Assembly: GCA_964621595.1 (NCBI GenBank) | Contig: CAZUPO010000001.1 | Span: 142,758 to 206,757, forward strand | DNA: 64,000 nucleotides | Origin: an uncultured Candidatus Saccharibacteria bacterium | GTDB taxonomy: Bacteria > Patescibacteriota > Minisyncoccia > Phycocordibacterales > UBA5272 | Direction of reading: 5' to 3' | Part shown: piece by piece, positions 12,525 to 21,385 of the stretch | Numbering within the stretch: the first letter of the stretch is position 1 | Layout of the letters: each line of letters opens with the position of its first letter | Program-made: the position numbers and the translations under genes | Notes under the pieces: model-generated | The model's database searches: none | What the model saw: the letters and a program-made list of their open reading frames with translations, nothing else | Told to the model about the DNA's origin: nothing

Positions 12525-12652
12525 GGCGGTTGCCGTTGCGCGGGGACCCTGGCCACGAACCGTACGCTCACCAGCGGGGTACGTACGCTCGAAGAGCCAG
12601 GGTCCCCGGAGGCGGGAATGCGTGTCGGGGGAAACTCCGGCTTTTTGTTTTT
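12525..12652 (+). ncRNA. Candidate structured ncRNA 1
   Basis: TTGACT-17-CATAAT promoter (12491-12519), perfect 13-bp stem 12541-12553/12596-12608, GAAA-capped terminator with T tract; no credible ORF. Confidence 0.6.
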
Positions 12653-12702
12653 CGGAACTATATTGTATTGCGAATACTTACAGAAAAATGCTAGAGTATG
12701 GT

Positions 12703-12920
12703 TGTCGGGTGCTTCGAGAAACGAGGAGAAAGGAGGGCTCCATCGCGGAGACCGGAAACCATACCCTGGGAAAGCACGGAAACCCGACTGTGTGATGATG
12801 GGGATCGGCATGGCCGCGCAACCAAGCGAGCGGACATCCTCGGGTAGAGGCCCAAGCGCCTCACCACGGCCATGTCCGATCCCCTCTCACCGCAAAGACC
12901 GCCACGCGCGGTTCTTTTTA
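12703..12920 (+). ncRNA. Candidate structured ncRNA 2
   Basis: TTGCGA-18-TAGAGT with extended TG; stems 12704-12710/12782-12788 and 12800-12816/12867-12884; terminator 12895-12920. Confidence 0.6.
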
Positions 12921-12926
12921 TTTATG

Positions 12927-15011
12927 CTAGGTAGTCTTCTTAACTTTTTTCGGGCTGGCTTCGTCATTCGACACGTTTCCAAGGGAACGCTCTAAAAATT
13001 TTTCTTTAAGAATTTGAATCTCATCTCGTAATATTGCCGCTGTTTCGAAATCCAAAATCTTTACCGCTTCTTTCATGGCTTTTTCTTTTACCTTGATGAG
13101 ACGGTCTGGATTCTTTGCAAATAATTTCTTATCAATCTCAAGTTCAGCGTTCACAGCTTTTGCGTGTTCGCTTTGTAACTCCTCCGTAATATCTTTTATA
13201 TTCTTTTTGATAGTCGCTGGGGTTATGTTGTGTTCCTTGTTATATGCCTCCTGTAGCGCACGACGACGATTCGTCTCATTAATCGCTCTTTCTAATGAAC
13301 CGGTCATATGGTCAGCATAGAGAATGACCCTACCATCCTTGTTACGCGCAGCGCGACCAATGGTCTGGATGAGTGAAGTCTCACTACGCAAAAATCCTTC
13401 TTTGTCAGCATCTAAAATTCCAATAAGAGTGACTTCTGGTAAATCCAATCCTTCACGAAGAAGGTTCACGCCAACCAAGCAGTCAAAATCACCCTTGCGA
13501 AATCGTGTAAGAATCTGAATACGCTCGATGGTCTTCACATCACTATGGAGATACTCTGCCTTTACTTGTTTTTCTTTCAAATAGGTGGCGAGATTTTCTG
13601 CCATTTTCTTGGTGAGCGTAGTTACTAGTACACGACCACCTTTTTTCACATCCTTTACTACTTCATCAATAAAATCGTGAACCTGTCCTTTGTATGCACC
13701 ACTTTCTCCAACACGACGAACCTCGAGCGTTGGGTCGAGAAGTCCTGTTGGGCGGATGATCTGCTCGACCACTTGTGTAGATTCTTTTCTCTCATATTCC
13801 CCCGGTGTTGCACTTACGTAGACCACATCCCCGACACGTTCTTCGAACTCTTCATATCGTAGCGGGCGATTATCTTTTGCCGAAGGAAGTCGGAAACCAT
13901 ACTCAACAAGCGTTTGCTTGCGTGACTGATCTCCTGCATACATGCCGTGAAGTTGTGGAAGAGTAACGTGCGACTCGTCAATCACTGTTAAAAATTCTGG
14001 TTTACCATATTTGTCATGAGGAAAATATTCTAAAAGAGTGTCTGGTGCCTCCCCTGGTAACTTACCAGAGAGGTGACGTGAATAATTTTCTATCCCCTGG
14101 CAAAATCCAACCTCTTTGATCATAGCAACATCATAGCGTGTACGACGCTTCAGACGCTCTGCTTCAAGAATCTTTTTGTCTTCATCCAACTCTTTAAGAC
14201 GTGCCACCAATTCTTCATTGATAGTTTTAATAGCACGCTCTCGTGTAGGAACGTCAGAGATGAAGTGTTTCGCAGGGAAAATATAATATGTATCCACCTC
14301 ACTCAACACCTTCATAGACACTGGGTCGGTAACTTGCATGTGAGTGATTTTGCCACCAGCAATTTCTATCTGAAGCATTGTTGTTTCTGAAATCGGCATA
14401 ACGTCGATACGATTACCTAAAGCACGAAAAGTTCCCGGGGAGAGATCGGCGTTTGTTCTTTCATAGTACACACCAACGAATGTCTGCATGAGGTCAACCT
14501 TGGAGATAGGTTGCCCGACGGAGAGTTTTATATTTTCTCGTTCATAGTCCTTTGGTGACCCAAGACCATAGATACATGAAACAGAGGCGACAATAATAGT
14601 ATCCTTGCGAGTGAGAAGTGCTTGCGTGGAAGCGTGACGAAGACGATCTATTTCTTCGTTGATCTGAGCATCTTTCTCGATATACGTATCAGTAACTGGC
14701 ATGTACGCTTCTGGTTGATAGTAGTCATAGTAGGAAACAAAATAGTGTACTGCAGCATCTGGGAAAAATGTCCGGAACTCCTGAGCAAGCTGGGCGGCGA
14801 GGGTTTTGTTGTGCGCAATAACAAGTGTTGGTTTTTGAACATTGGCTATGACATTTGCAATGGTGAATGTTTTTCCTGTGCCTGTTGCTCCAAGAAGTGT
14901 TTGCTTGCGCATACCTTTAGAAAGCCCATCAGTGAGAGACTTGATGGCCTTTGGCTGATCCCCTGCTGGAGTGAATCCTTTGATAATAAATTTATTGTCT
15001 TTTCTTGACAT
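12927..15011 (-). CDS. uvrB: Excinuclease ABC subunit B
   Basis: GATGTGKT, YFVSYYDYYQPEAY, DESH, QTIGRAARN; start at MSRKD with TATAAT 12 nt upstream. Confidence 0.98.
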   Translation of the reverse strand: MSRKDNKFIIKGFTPAGDQPKAIKSLTDGLSKGMRKQTLLGATGTGKTFTIANVIANVQKPTLVIAHNKTLAAQLAQEFRTFFPDAAVHYFVSYYDYYQPEAYMPVTDTYIEKDAQINEEIDRLRHASTQALLTRKDTIIVASVSCIYGLGSPKDYERENIKLSVGQPISKVDLMQTFVGVYYERTNADLSPGTFRALGNRIDVMPISETTMLQIEIAGGKITHMQVTDPVSMKVLSEVDTYYIFPAKHFISDVPTRERAIKTINEELVARLKELDEDKKILEAERLKRRTRYDVAMIKEVGFCQGIENYSRHLSGKLPGEAPDTLLEYFPHDKYGKPEFLTVIDESHVTLPQLHGMYAGDQSRKQTLVEYGFRLPSAKDNRPLRYEEFEERVGDVVYVSATPGEYERKESTQVVEQIIRPTGLLDPTLEVRRVGESGAYKGQVHDFIDEVVKDVKKGGRVLVTTLTKKMAENLATYLKEKQVKAEYLHSDVKTIERIQILTRFRKGDFDCLVGVNLLREGLDLPEVTLIGILDADKEGFLRSETSLIQTIGRAARNKDGRVILYADHMTGSLERAINETNRRRALQEAYNKEHNITPATIKKNIKDITEELQSEHAKAVNAELEIDKKLFAKNPDRLIKVKEKAMKEAVKILDFETAAILRDEIQILKEKFLERSLGNVSNDEASPKKVKKTT

Positions 15012-15068
15012 GGTCGATTGTGCATTATAACATATTTTCATCCTACTTATAACCGCAAGGGAGGTAGC

Positions 15069-15251
15069 ATGATTACAGACGAAGAAGATGGCGGACGCAT
15101 TGCCCTCAGTATCATCGAAGGGTGTGAGAAGTACGCAATCCGTGCCTGCATTGGTGCGGGCATCATCCTGGTGGTCACCCTCTGCTTCCTTCACCCGCAT
15201 GAAGCAAAAGGTCTCCTCATCAGGCTGCTCGAAGGTCTTCCGCGTGGCTAG
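15069..15251 (+). CDS. Small orphan single-TM protein, 60 aa (MITDEEDGGR...LPRG)
   Basis: TTGACA-17-TAACAT promoter (15005-15033), GGGAGGT SD, GC-rich codons, downstream hairpin. Confidence 0.7.
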   Translation: MITDEEDGGRIALSIIEGCEKYAIRACIGAGIILVVTLCFLHPHEAKGLLIRLLEGLPRG

Positions 15252-15270
15252 AAGTTGCAAAGGAAGACAG

Positions 15271-15304
15271 CCCGGACCCCCTCAGGGTCCGGGTGAACTT
15301 TTTA
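15271..15304 (+). terminator. Intrinsic terminator
   Basis: CCCGGACCC-5nt-GGGTCCGGG then T tract. Confidence 0.75.
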
Positions 15305-15356
15305 TATAAATGTATTCTATTGCATTATCCTCGATATACGCTATTCTTTTTATCAT

Positions 15357-16073
15357 ATGCAGGAGCCAGTTATTGTACAGAGAAGTGGTAGTCGCGGTGT
15401 AACGCGTCTTTCTTGGTTAACAAGTTATCATTCATTTTCTTTTGGTGGATATGTTCATCCTAAGTGGCACGGTTTCGGAACATTGGCCGTAGTAAATGAT
15501 GACGAGATCGGAGGAGGTGGAGGATTTTCACCACACCCACACAATGACATGGAAATAATTACTATTATTATTTCTGGAGAATTGCGTCACGAGGACAGTC
15601 TTGGTAATCATTGCGTACTTAAAAAAGGTGACGTGCAGATTATGTCTGCTGGAACAGGTATCGTACATGCTGAATATAATAATGACCCACACATTCCACT
15701 TAACCTTTTACAAATTTGGATAGAACCCAACGAAACTGGCGTCGTTCCTAGACACCAAGAACGACATTTTCCGTACTTCGAGGAAAGTAACATCATGTAC
15801 GAGGTCGCGGCACCAACCACTGCAAATAATGGTTTCGAAATACATCAAAATGCGTATGTGTATGTTGGTACCTATGATGCACAAAAAGTTCTCAGTTACA
15901 AACTGCACAACGAGCGTAACGGTGTGTTTGCTTTTGTGATAGAAGGAGAAGTTCTCGTAGATGCAAACAGATTACATGCGCGCGACAGCGTTCATATCGA
16001 AGGGTTGCCTGGAGTATCTATTAACTTCCAACAAAAAACAACGCTACTTCTCATGGAAGTTCCACTTTCGTAA
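15357..16073 (+). CDS. Pirin family protein (YhhW-like)
   Basis: SYHSFSF, HPHNDMEI, QIMSAGTGIVHAE, LQIWIEP. Confidence 0.93.
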   Translation: MQEPVIVQRSGSRGVTRLSWLTSYHSFSFGGYVHPKWHGFGTLAVVNDDEIGGGGGFSPHPHNDMEIITIIISGELRHEDSLGNHCVLKKGDVQIMSAGTGIVHAEYNNDPHIPLNLLQIWIEPNETGVVPRHQERHFPYFEESNIMYEVAAPTTANNGFEIHQNAYVYVGTYDAQKVLSYKLHNERNGVFAFVIEGEVLVDANRLHARDSVHIEGLPGVSINFQQKTTLLLMEVPLS

Positions 16074-16139
16074 GTCTTTGATCCTGGTTCCTATTTTTGA
16101 TAGTATTGGCATTGTACCCTAACCTGGGAGGAAGCGGGG

Positions 16140-16259
16140 ATGGAAAACGACAGCATGTCGGGAGGATACGACCTCGTCGGTCGTACCTTTCTCGTAGCAA
16201 TAGCGATTGTTGCGATTGCGGTTGGATTCGCGTTCGCGACAGTCTTGTACAACTGGTAG
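16140..16259 (+). CDS. Small orphan single-TM peptide, 39 aa (MENDSMSGGYDLVGRTFLVAIAIVAIAVGFAFATVLYNW)
   Basis: Hand-translated; TTGATC-17-TAGTAT promoter (16078-16106), GGGAGG SD, clear TM segment. Confidence 0.6.
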   Translation: MENDSMSGGYDLVGRTFLVAIAIVAIAVGFAFATVLYNW

Positions 16260-16272
16260 CGAGGAGGAGAAC

Positions 16273-16557
16273 ATGAGTGACGAACTTGAGGAAGTGTTCG
16301 GGCACCTGTGGGAAGCAATTGGAACGGTGCTCGTCTGGGGGTTCACCATCATCGCTGCTGGCATCATGGTGATTCACCGGCAAGAGTTGCTTACCCACTG
16401 GCAGTTGACTCTTGCCAGCATGGCCATGGCAATCCTCGGGTGGCGCACGATTCCATACCCGTACCGAAACAGGATCGCTCAGGAGATCCTCGAACGCTAC
16501 GGCTGGTACAAGGCCATCGCGTACAAGGAAAGGATCTGGCGAACGCTCGGATGGTAG
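16273..16557 (+). CDS. Orphan two-TM membrane protein, 94 aa
   Basis: GAGGAGGAG SD before MSDEL; GC-rich codons; two hydrophobic segments. Confidence 0.75.
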   Translation: MSDELEEVFGHLWEAIGTVLVWGFTIIAAGIMVIHRQELLTHWQLTLASMAMAILGWRTIPYPYRNRIAQEILERYGWYKAIAYKERIWRTLGW

Positions 16558-16582
16558 CAAGGCCTGGGCGCGTCGCGAAAAG

Positions 16583-16624
16583 GCGGGTGGAGGTCAGTAC
16601 GACCGGAGGTTCCACCCGCTTTTT
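16583..16624. terminator. Long GC hairpin terminator
   Basis: GCGGGTGGA...TCCACCCGC with flanking A and T tracts, convergent with tgt. Confidence 0.7.
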
Positions 16625-17840
16625 AGTTTTTACTTTTGTAGTACCTAGTTAAAAACGCGTCTTTAAATTCTTGATATGTACCCAGGAGTAAATGTTTGCG
16701 CGCGTCTTCGCAAAGAGTAGTAAGAAATTTGAGGTTATGAATAGAAGCGAGGGTCCCCGCCAACATTTCGTTTGAACGAAAGAGGTGTGCGAGATAACTC
16801 TTCGTATACTTGTGTGTGTACCATGATGGATCATCACTTATCGGTGACATATCATTTTTGTACTGTACATTTAAAATATTAACTCTTCCATCATAAGTAA
16901 GTAGAGCGCCATTGCGTGCGATACGTGTAGGTGTCACACAATCAAATGTATCCACCCCTTGCTCGATTGCGAGCAAGATATCAATCGGCTCACCAATACC
17001 AAGAAGGTGTCGCGGCTTTCCTTCTGGAAGAATTTCGTTCACCCAACGAACCGCAGTTGTCATATCCTCTTTGGTAAAACTTCCCCCTATTCCATAGCCA
17101 TCAAACGGCATTGCACCGAGTACCCGCGCTGACTCTTTCCGCAAGTCTTCGTATGCTCCACCTTGCACGACACCAAAGAGTGCTTGTGGTAAACCAGTTG
17201 CGGAAGAATTACCAAGTTGCTTATGTCTATCAAGTGATCGCTTCGCCCAAGAATGAGTACGTTCAAGCGCTTCCTTTTGGTAGTCGTATGGCGCAAGAGG
17301 TGATGTACACTCGTCAAACGCAAAAAAAATATCCGCACCGAGTGCATGTTGTATTTCCATACTTCTCTCTGGGGTGAAGCGATGAGTGCTTCCATCGATA
17401 ATTGATTTGAATGTCACACCATCATCATCTATTTTTGCAAGTGATTCGTGTGGTGAAGATGACTCTTCGACACGAGAAAGTTCTTCGCTTGTTGCAACTT
17501 TACTTACACCACGCCCCAATGCTTGGCCGAGAGAAAAAACTTGGAATCCTCCACTGTCGGTAAAGGTAGGACCAGTCCATCCCATCATCTTTGCAAATCC
17601 TCCGTGCTTCTCTACGATAGACTCTCCTGGCTCGAGATAGAGATGGTAGGTGTTAGCAAGTACTGCTTGTGCGCCAACATACTCTTGTACTTCCTCAACA
17701 GTGAGCGCTTTAACTGTTGCTTTGGTACCAACAGTAATAAATGCTGGGGTCTGTATATCTCCATGTGGAGTATGGATAACACCAACTCGAGCGAGAGGAA
17801 ATTCATCTATTTTCTTAATAATTTCAAATGAAAATGACAT
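16623..17840 (-). CDS. tgt: tRNA-guanine transglycosylase
   Basis: LANTYHL, TDSGGFQVFSL, FDEC, GVVQGG, PRHLLGIG, FDCVTPTRIARNG. Confidence 0.97.
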   Translation of the reverse strand: MSFSFEIIKKIDEFPLARVGVIHTPHGDIQTPAFITVGTKATVKALTVEEVQEYVGAQAVLANTYHLYLEPGESIVEKHGGFAKMMGWTGPTFTDSGGFQVFSLGQALGRGVSKVATSEELSRVEESSSPHESLAKIDDDGVTFKSIIDGSTHRFTPERSMEIQHALGADIFFAFDECTSPLAPYDYQKEALERTHSWAKRSLDRHKQLGNSSATGLPQALFGVVQGGAYEDLRKESARVLGAMPFDGYGIGGSFTKEDMTTAVRWVNEILPEGKPRHLLGIGEPIDILLAIEQGVDTFDCVTPTRIARNGALLTYDGRVNILNVQYKNDMSPISDDPSWYTHKYTKSYLAHLFRSNEMLAGTLASIHNLKFLTTLCEDARKHLLLGTYQEFKDAFLTRYYKSKN

Positions 17841-17955
17841 TACAGACTATACTATCATACTTTGACAACCATCGCTTTACTTGGTAGTGTTTTTTAAACT
17901 GCTCATTGTTTTTAGAGCGGAGAAGTAACTCCTACACAACCCCGAAAGGAACATC

Positions 17956-18708
17956 ATGCTCCCGCTTCACGATGAAAGTGAGCTTACGGGGAAAGTGTTG
18001 AAGTACTTCCCCGAGTCGTCCACGGTTCAGAATACGATGATCTTCAACTACATCTGCGTGATTGTGTCGATCGCGATTGATCGATTCCAACCGCACCAAG
18101 TCGCCATGTTGCGTGAGGCGATGATCTTCAGTGCAAGGAAGCACGCCGGAGTGATGCGTACCGGAGAAAAGGCGCCGTACATCGTGCATCTCCTTCGGAC
18201 ATGCATCATCTTGCTGAATCTTGACGTACGGATATTACCCCTTCTGGTCGCGCTCGTCCTCCACGACGTATACGAGGATACCGACGCGAAATTGAAGGAA
18301 CTGCAGAAGATGTTCGGGGTCAAGATCACCCAAATCATCTTCCTGCTCAGCAAGAACGTCCCGATCACCCCGGAGATGCGAGCACTCTTCGGAGAACTCG
18401 CCGGGGACTGGCTGGAGCTCCCGTTCTTCGAGAGGCTCCTTGCCATACCGGACCTCACGCTTCGGATCTGGTGCATCGTCTTGAAGGTGGTCGACAGGAT
18501 TGATAACCTGAAGACCCTCAAAGGGATGGGCCACGGCAGAATCTCTAGAAAGATCAAGGAGACTGAGGAGAAGATCCCTCCGCTGCTCAAGCACCTGGAA
18601 GAGGTGGTAGAGAAGTCCAACCCGCTTCACGAGGTCGTCGAGAACCTCGGGCGCGAATACGCGAGCGCGCTCACGCTCGCAAAGAAAACCTTGGCCCAAG
18701 AGGCCTGA
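17956..18708 (+). CDS. Stand-alone RelA/SpoT-type HD domain protein (small alarmone hydrolase-like)
   Basis: A..H....R, PYIVH, LHD..EDT, K..DR..N motifs; no synthetase domain; TTGACA-17-TAGTGT promoter, AAAGGA SD, GC-rich. Confidence 0.8.
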   Translation: MLPLHDESELTGKVLKYFPESSTVQNTMIFNYICVIVSIAIDRFQPHQVAMLREAMIFSARKHAGVMRTGEKAPYIVHLLRTCIILLNLDVRILPLLVALVLHDVYEDTDAKLKELQKMFGVKITQIIFLLSKNVPITPEMRALFGELAGDWLELPFFERLLAIPDLTLRIWCIVLKVVDRIDNLKTLKGMGHGRISRKIKETEEKIPPLLKHLEEVVEKSNPLHEVVENLGREYASALTLAKKTLAQEA

Positions 18709-18746
18709 TCGCCGACACAAAACACCGTGTCGGCGATCTTACTTTA
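18707..18746 (+). terminator. Hairpin terminator
   Basis: GATCGCCGACAC-8nt-GTGTCGGCGATC then T-rich tract. Confidence 0.75.
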
Positions 18747-18771
18747 TACACCCACATACTCGTAATTAACC

Positions 18772-19917
18772 CTAACTCTCTTTTACTGTGTTCGCGACTA
18801 CTTCAACCACTCCTTTATCGAACATGTTAGGAAGTATTGCATCCACTGTTGGATTCTTTACATATGCGGCGAGCGCTTCTGCGATAGTTATAAATACTCC
18901 GTTATCAAATTGCTTCTTGTTTCCTTCTAACATTCCTTTGAATGCTCCAGGAAAAACGAGTGAGTTATTGATCTGGTTTGGATAATCGCTTCTCCCTGTT
19001 GCCATGATAAACACCCCAGCCTCATGCGCGACTTCCGGCATAATCTCTGGTGTTGGATTCGCGAGGGCAAAAATAATCGGTCGCTCTGCCATACTCTTTA
19101 CCATATCTCCAGTAACTGCATTTGGTTTGGATAGTCCGATGAATACATGCGCGCCTTTCATGGCGTCCTCAAGTGTCCCTTCAGATACCTTTGCAATACT
19201 TCCTAAGAGTAATTCTTTCTTTTCTTTCGTTAGATCAGTTCTACCTGCGTGAATGATCCCCTTACTATCACAAAAAACAATATTCTTTGCTCCATAAGAA
19301 ATGAGGAGTCGTGCAGTTGCTACACCTGCTGCACCTACACCAGAAAAAACAATTTTTACTTCTTCTTTTGTGATACCCCGCAACGCTGTTGCATTAATGA
19401 ATGCAGCGAGTGCAACAGTGGCTGCTCCCCACTGATCATCATGCATAACAGGGATATCCAATTCCTTACGAAGGCGTTCTTCAATTGTAAAACATTTTGG
19501 TGCCGCAATATCTTCGAGATTTATACCACCAAACACCGGTGCTATGTGTTTAACTACGTTAATAATTTCCTCTTCATCTTGGGTATCTAAACAAATAGGA
19601 AACGCATCCACTCCCGCGAATGATTTAAATATTGCGGCTTTCCCTTCCATGACCGGAATAGCTGCTTTTGCTCCGAGATTTCCAAGACCCAGTATCGCAG
19701 AACCGTCACTTACAATTGCTATAGTATTTTTCTTGAGTGTATACTCGTTTGCCAACGACGGGTCACGAGCGATTTCTCGACACACCTCTGCCACTCCTGG
19801 GGTGTACGCACGCGAAAGATCCTCTCGTGTCACAAGCGGAACCTTGGAGACTATTTCTATCTTTCCACCATGATCCTTGTGAAGTTCGATAGCTTCTTTA
19901 TTGTAATCGTGTTGCAT
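18772..19917 (-). CDS. NAD(P)-dependent malic enzyme
   Basis: AYTPGVA, SDGSAILGLGN, NLEDI, HDDQ, ALANP.PEI, ATGRSDYPNQINN. Confidence 0.95.
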   Translation of the reverse strand: MQHDYNKEAIELHKDHGGKIEIVSKVPLVTREDLSRAYTPGVAEVCREIARDPSLANEYTLKKNTIAIVSDGSAILGLGNLGAKAAIPVMEGKAAIFKSFAGVDAFPICLDTQDEEEIINVVKHIAPVFGGINLEDIAAPKCFTIEERLRKELDIPVMHDDQWGAATVALAAFINATALRGITKEEVKIVFSGVGAAGVATARLLISYGAKNIVFCDSKGIIHAGRTDLTKEKKELLLGSIAKVSEGTLEDAMKGAHVFIGLSKPNAVTGDMVKSMAERPIIFALANPTPEIMPEVAHEAGVFIMATGRSDYPNQINNSLVFPGAFKGMLEGNKKQFDNGVFITIAEALAAYVKNPTVDAILPNMFDKGVVEVVANTVKES

Positions 19918-19983
19918 GTTGTAACTAATTGTTAGTACTATAGTTTTTAATTCCGTATACTAGAGTATATACTATAAAAAATA

Positions 19984-20481
19984 ATGAAAGAAACTGTTAA
20001 AAAATACCTTCCTAGTATAGTCTACGGTGGGTCAGATGGTGCAGTTACCACCTTCTCTGTAATGGCTGGAGCCTACGGGGCAGGCCTTGATCCACGTATC
20101 GTAATCATTCTTGGATGTGCAAACTTGGCGTCAGATGGATTTTCTATGGCTTCTGCAGATTTTTTGTCAGAAGAATCTAGAGAACGTGCAACTGAAAGAA
20201 AGTCATTCTTCCAAGCACTCTTTACATTTCTTGCATTTTCGTCCATTGGCCTCATTCCACTCATACCATTCCTCATTGAACTGTTTGTTCCCCTTCCGGC
20301 AAGTTCTTTTTCACTTTCCATTCTTTTTACAGTACTTGCGTTTATTGCGATCGGCTATGTTAGAGCAACGATTCTACGAAGAAACAAAATACTCATGGTT
20401 GGACAATCACTCTCTATTGGTATCTTGTGCGCTTTCGTGGCATATTACGTTGGCCTCGTTATTTCTTCTGTTATTGTCTAA
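19984..20481 (+). CDS. VIT1/CCC1 family transporter
   Basis: VYGGSDGAVTTF, NLASDGFSMA. Confidence 0.88.
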   Translation: MKETVKKYLPSIVYGGSDGAVTTFSVMAGAYGAGLDPRIVIILGCANLASDGFSMASADFLSEESRERATERKSFFQALFTFLAFSSIGLIPLIPFLIELFVPLPASSFSLSILFTVLAFIAIGYVRATILRRNKILMVGQSLSIGILCAFVAYYVGLVISSVIV

Positions 20482-20484
20482 GGA

Positions 20485-21375
20485 TTAACCTCGTTTTGTT
20501 TTTGTATACACAAAATGTTTTTTGTGTTCAATGAGTACACTCCATGCGAATGCTACGAGCATGAGAAAAGCCCCGATCATATTTACAAGTGTGACAGGAT
20601 TTCTAAATAACCCCCAAGCAACCACACCACCACTAAGAGGTTCCACCACCCCGTCATACATAGCAACGGTCATTTCATCAGAATACTTGCTTGCCCATTG
20701 AATGAGACCATAGGGCACGATCGTAAAGACGAGCATTTGCCAGAGTAACGATGGAATACTGCTGTGGTTCATAGCAAGTGATTGATCGGTACTAAAGAGT
20801 ACAACGCCCATGAATACAATCACGACAAAAAATTGTTGTGTACACAAAACTGACATATTGCTTTTTGGCATCCCTTCGAATCTCTCTGAATAAACAAAGT
20901 ACAGCGCCATACACATTGCAGAAATAAGAAGTATCCCGTCTCCGATACCAAATCCATCCACCCCTCCAACAAGGTAATACATTCCAACGCCGGCGACAAA
21001 AAGCGTGACTATGTGCATCGCTTTCAAACGGTGCCTGAAGAGCAACCATCCAATAAACGGCACAAACAACATCCCTACATTCGAAATAAACGCTGTGTTT
21101 GCAGCCGAACTAAGATCAAGTCCGTACATCTGAGTAAGTTCCATTGTTCCAAGAAGAATACCGAGCCCTACCCCCTCTTCATACCGATATGAAAAACTAT
21201 ATCCTTTGTACAAAGAGTACAAGAAAAATAACAAAAATGCCCCGAGGAAGTTATAAAAAGTGAACAATGCTGGACCCATTTCTTCAACAAGATGCTCCTG
21301 GAATGCAAATGATGACCCCCATGTAATAGCAACGATGAGAAGAGCAAGTTTTGGTATGATTTTTTTATGCTCCAT
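20485..21375 (-). CDS. DMT/EamA family transporter
   Basis: TWGSSF, about 10 TMs, two EamA halves, EP in last hairpin. Confidence 0.85.
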   Translation of the reverse strand: MEHKKIIPKLALLIVAITWGSSFAFQEHLVEEMGPALFTFYNFLGAFLLFFLYSLYKGYSFSYRYEEGVGLGILLGTMELTQMYGLDLSSAANTAFISNVGMLFVPFIGWLLFRHRLKAMHIVTLFVAGVGMYYLVGGVDGFGIGDGILLISAMCMALYFVYSERFEGMPKSNMSVLCTQQFFVVIVFMGVVLFSTDQSLAMNHSSIPSLLWQMLVFTIVPYGLIQWASKYSDEMTVAMYDGVVEPLSGGVVAWGLFRNPVTLVNMIGAFLMLVAFAWSVLIEHKKHFVYTKTKRG

Positions 21376-21385
21376 GCACACAGAA

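Noticed and set aside
12704-12790. Resemblance to RNase P (GAG.AAAG..GGGCTCCA) or TPP riboswitch (GGGTGC...ATACCC)
   Set aside because: Lacks GAGGAAAGTCC, the RNase P 3' P4 strand and the needed length; lacks the CTGAGA and ACCTGA TPP cores.
12470-12995. ORFs 12470-12811, 12618-12995 and 12691-12873
   Set aside because: Pro/Arg/Gly-rich translations of GC stems, with no start signals and crossing terminators.
15012-15260. 83-aa N-terminal extension of UvrB in the ORF track
   Set aside because: It is the antisense of the SD-led 15069-15251 gene; UvrB homology and a TATAAT box support the 15011 start.
17932-18720. Long overlapping minus-strand ORFs opposite the HD gene
   Set aside because: Shadow ORFs caused by GC3 bias; the plus strand carries the conserved motifs.
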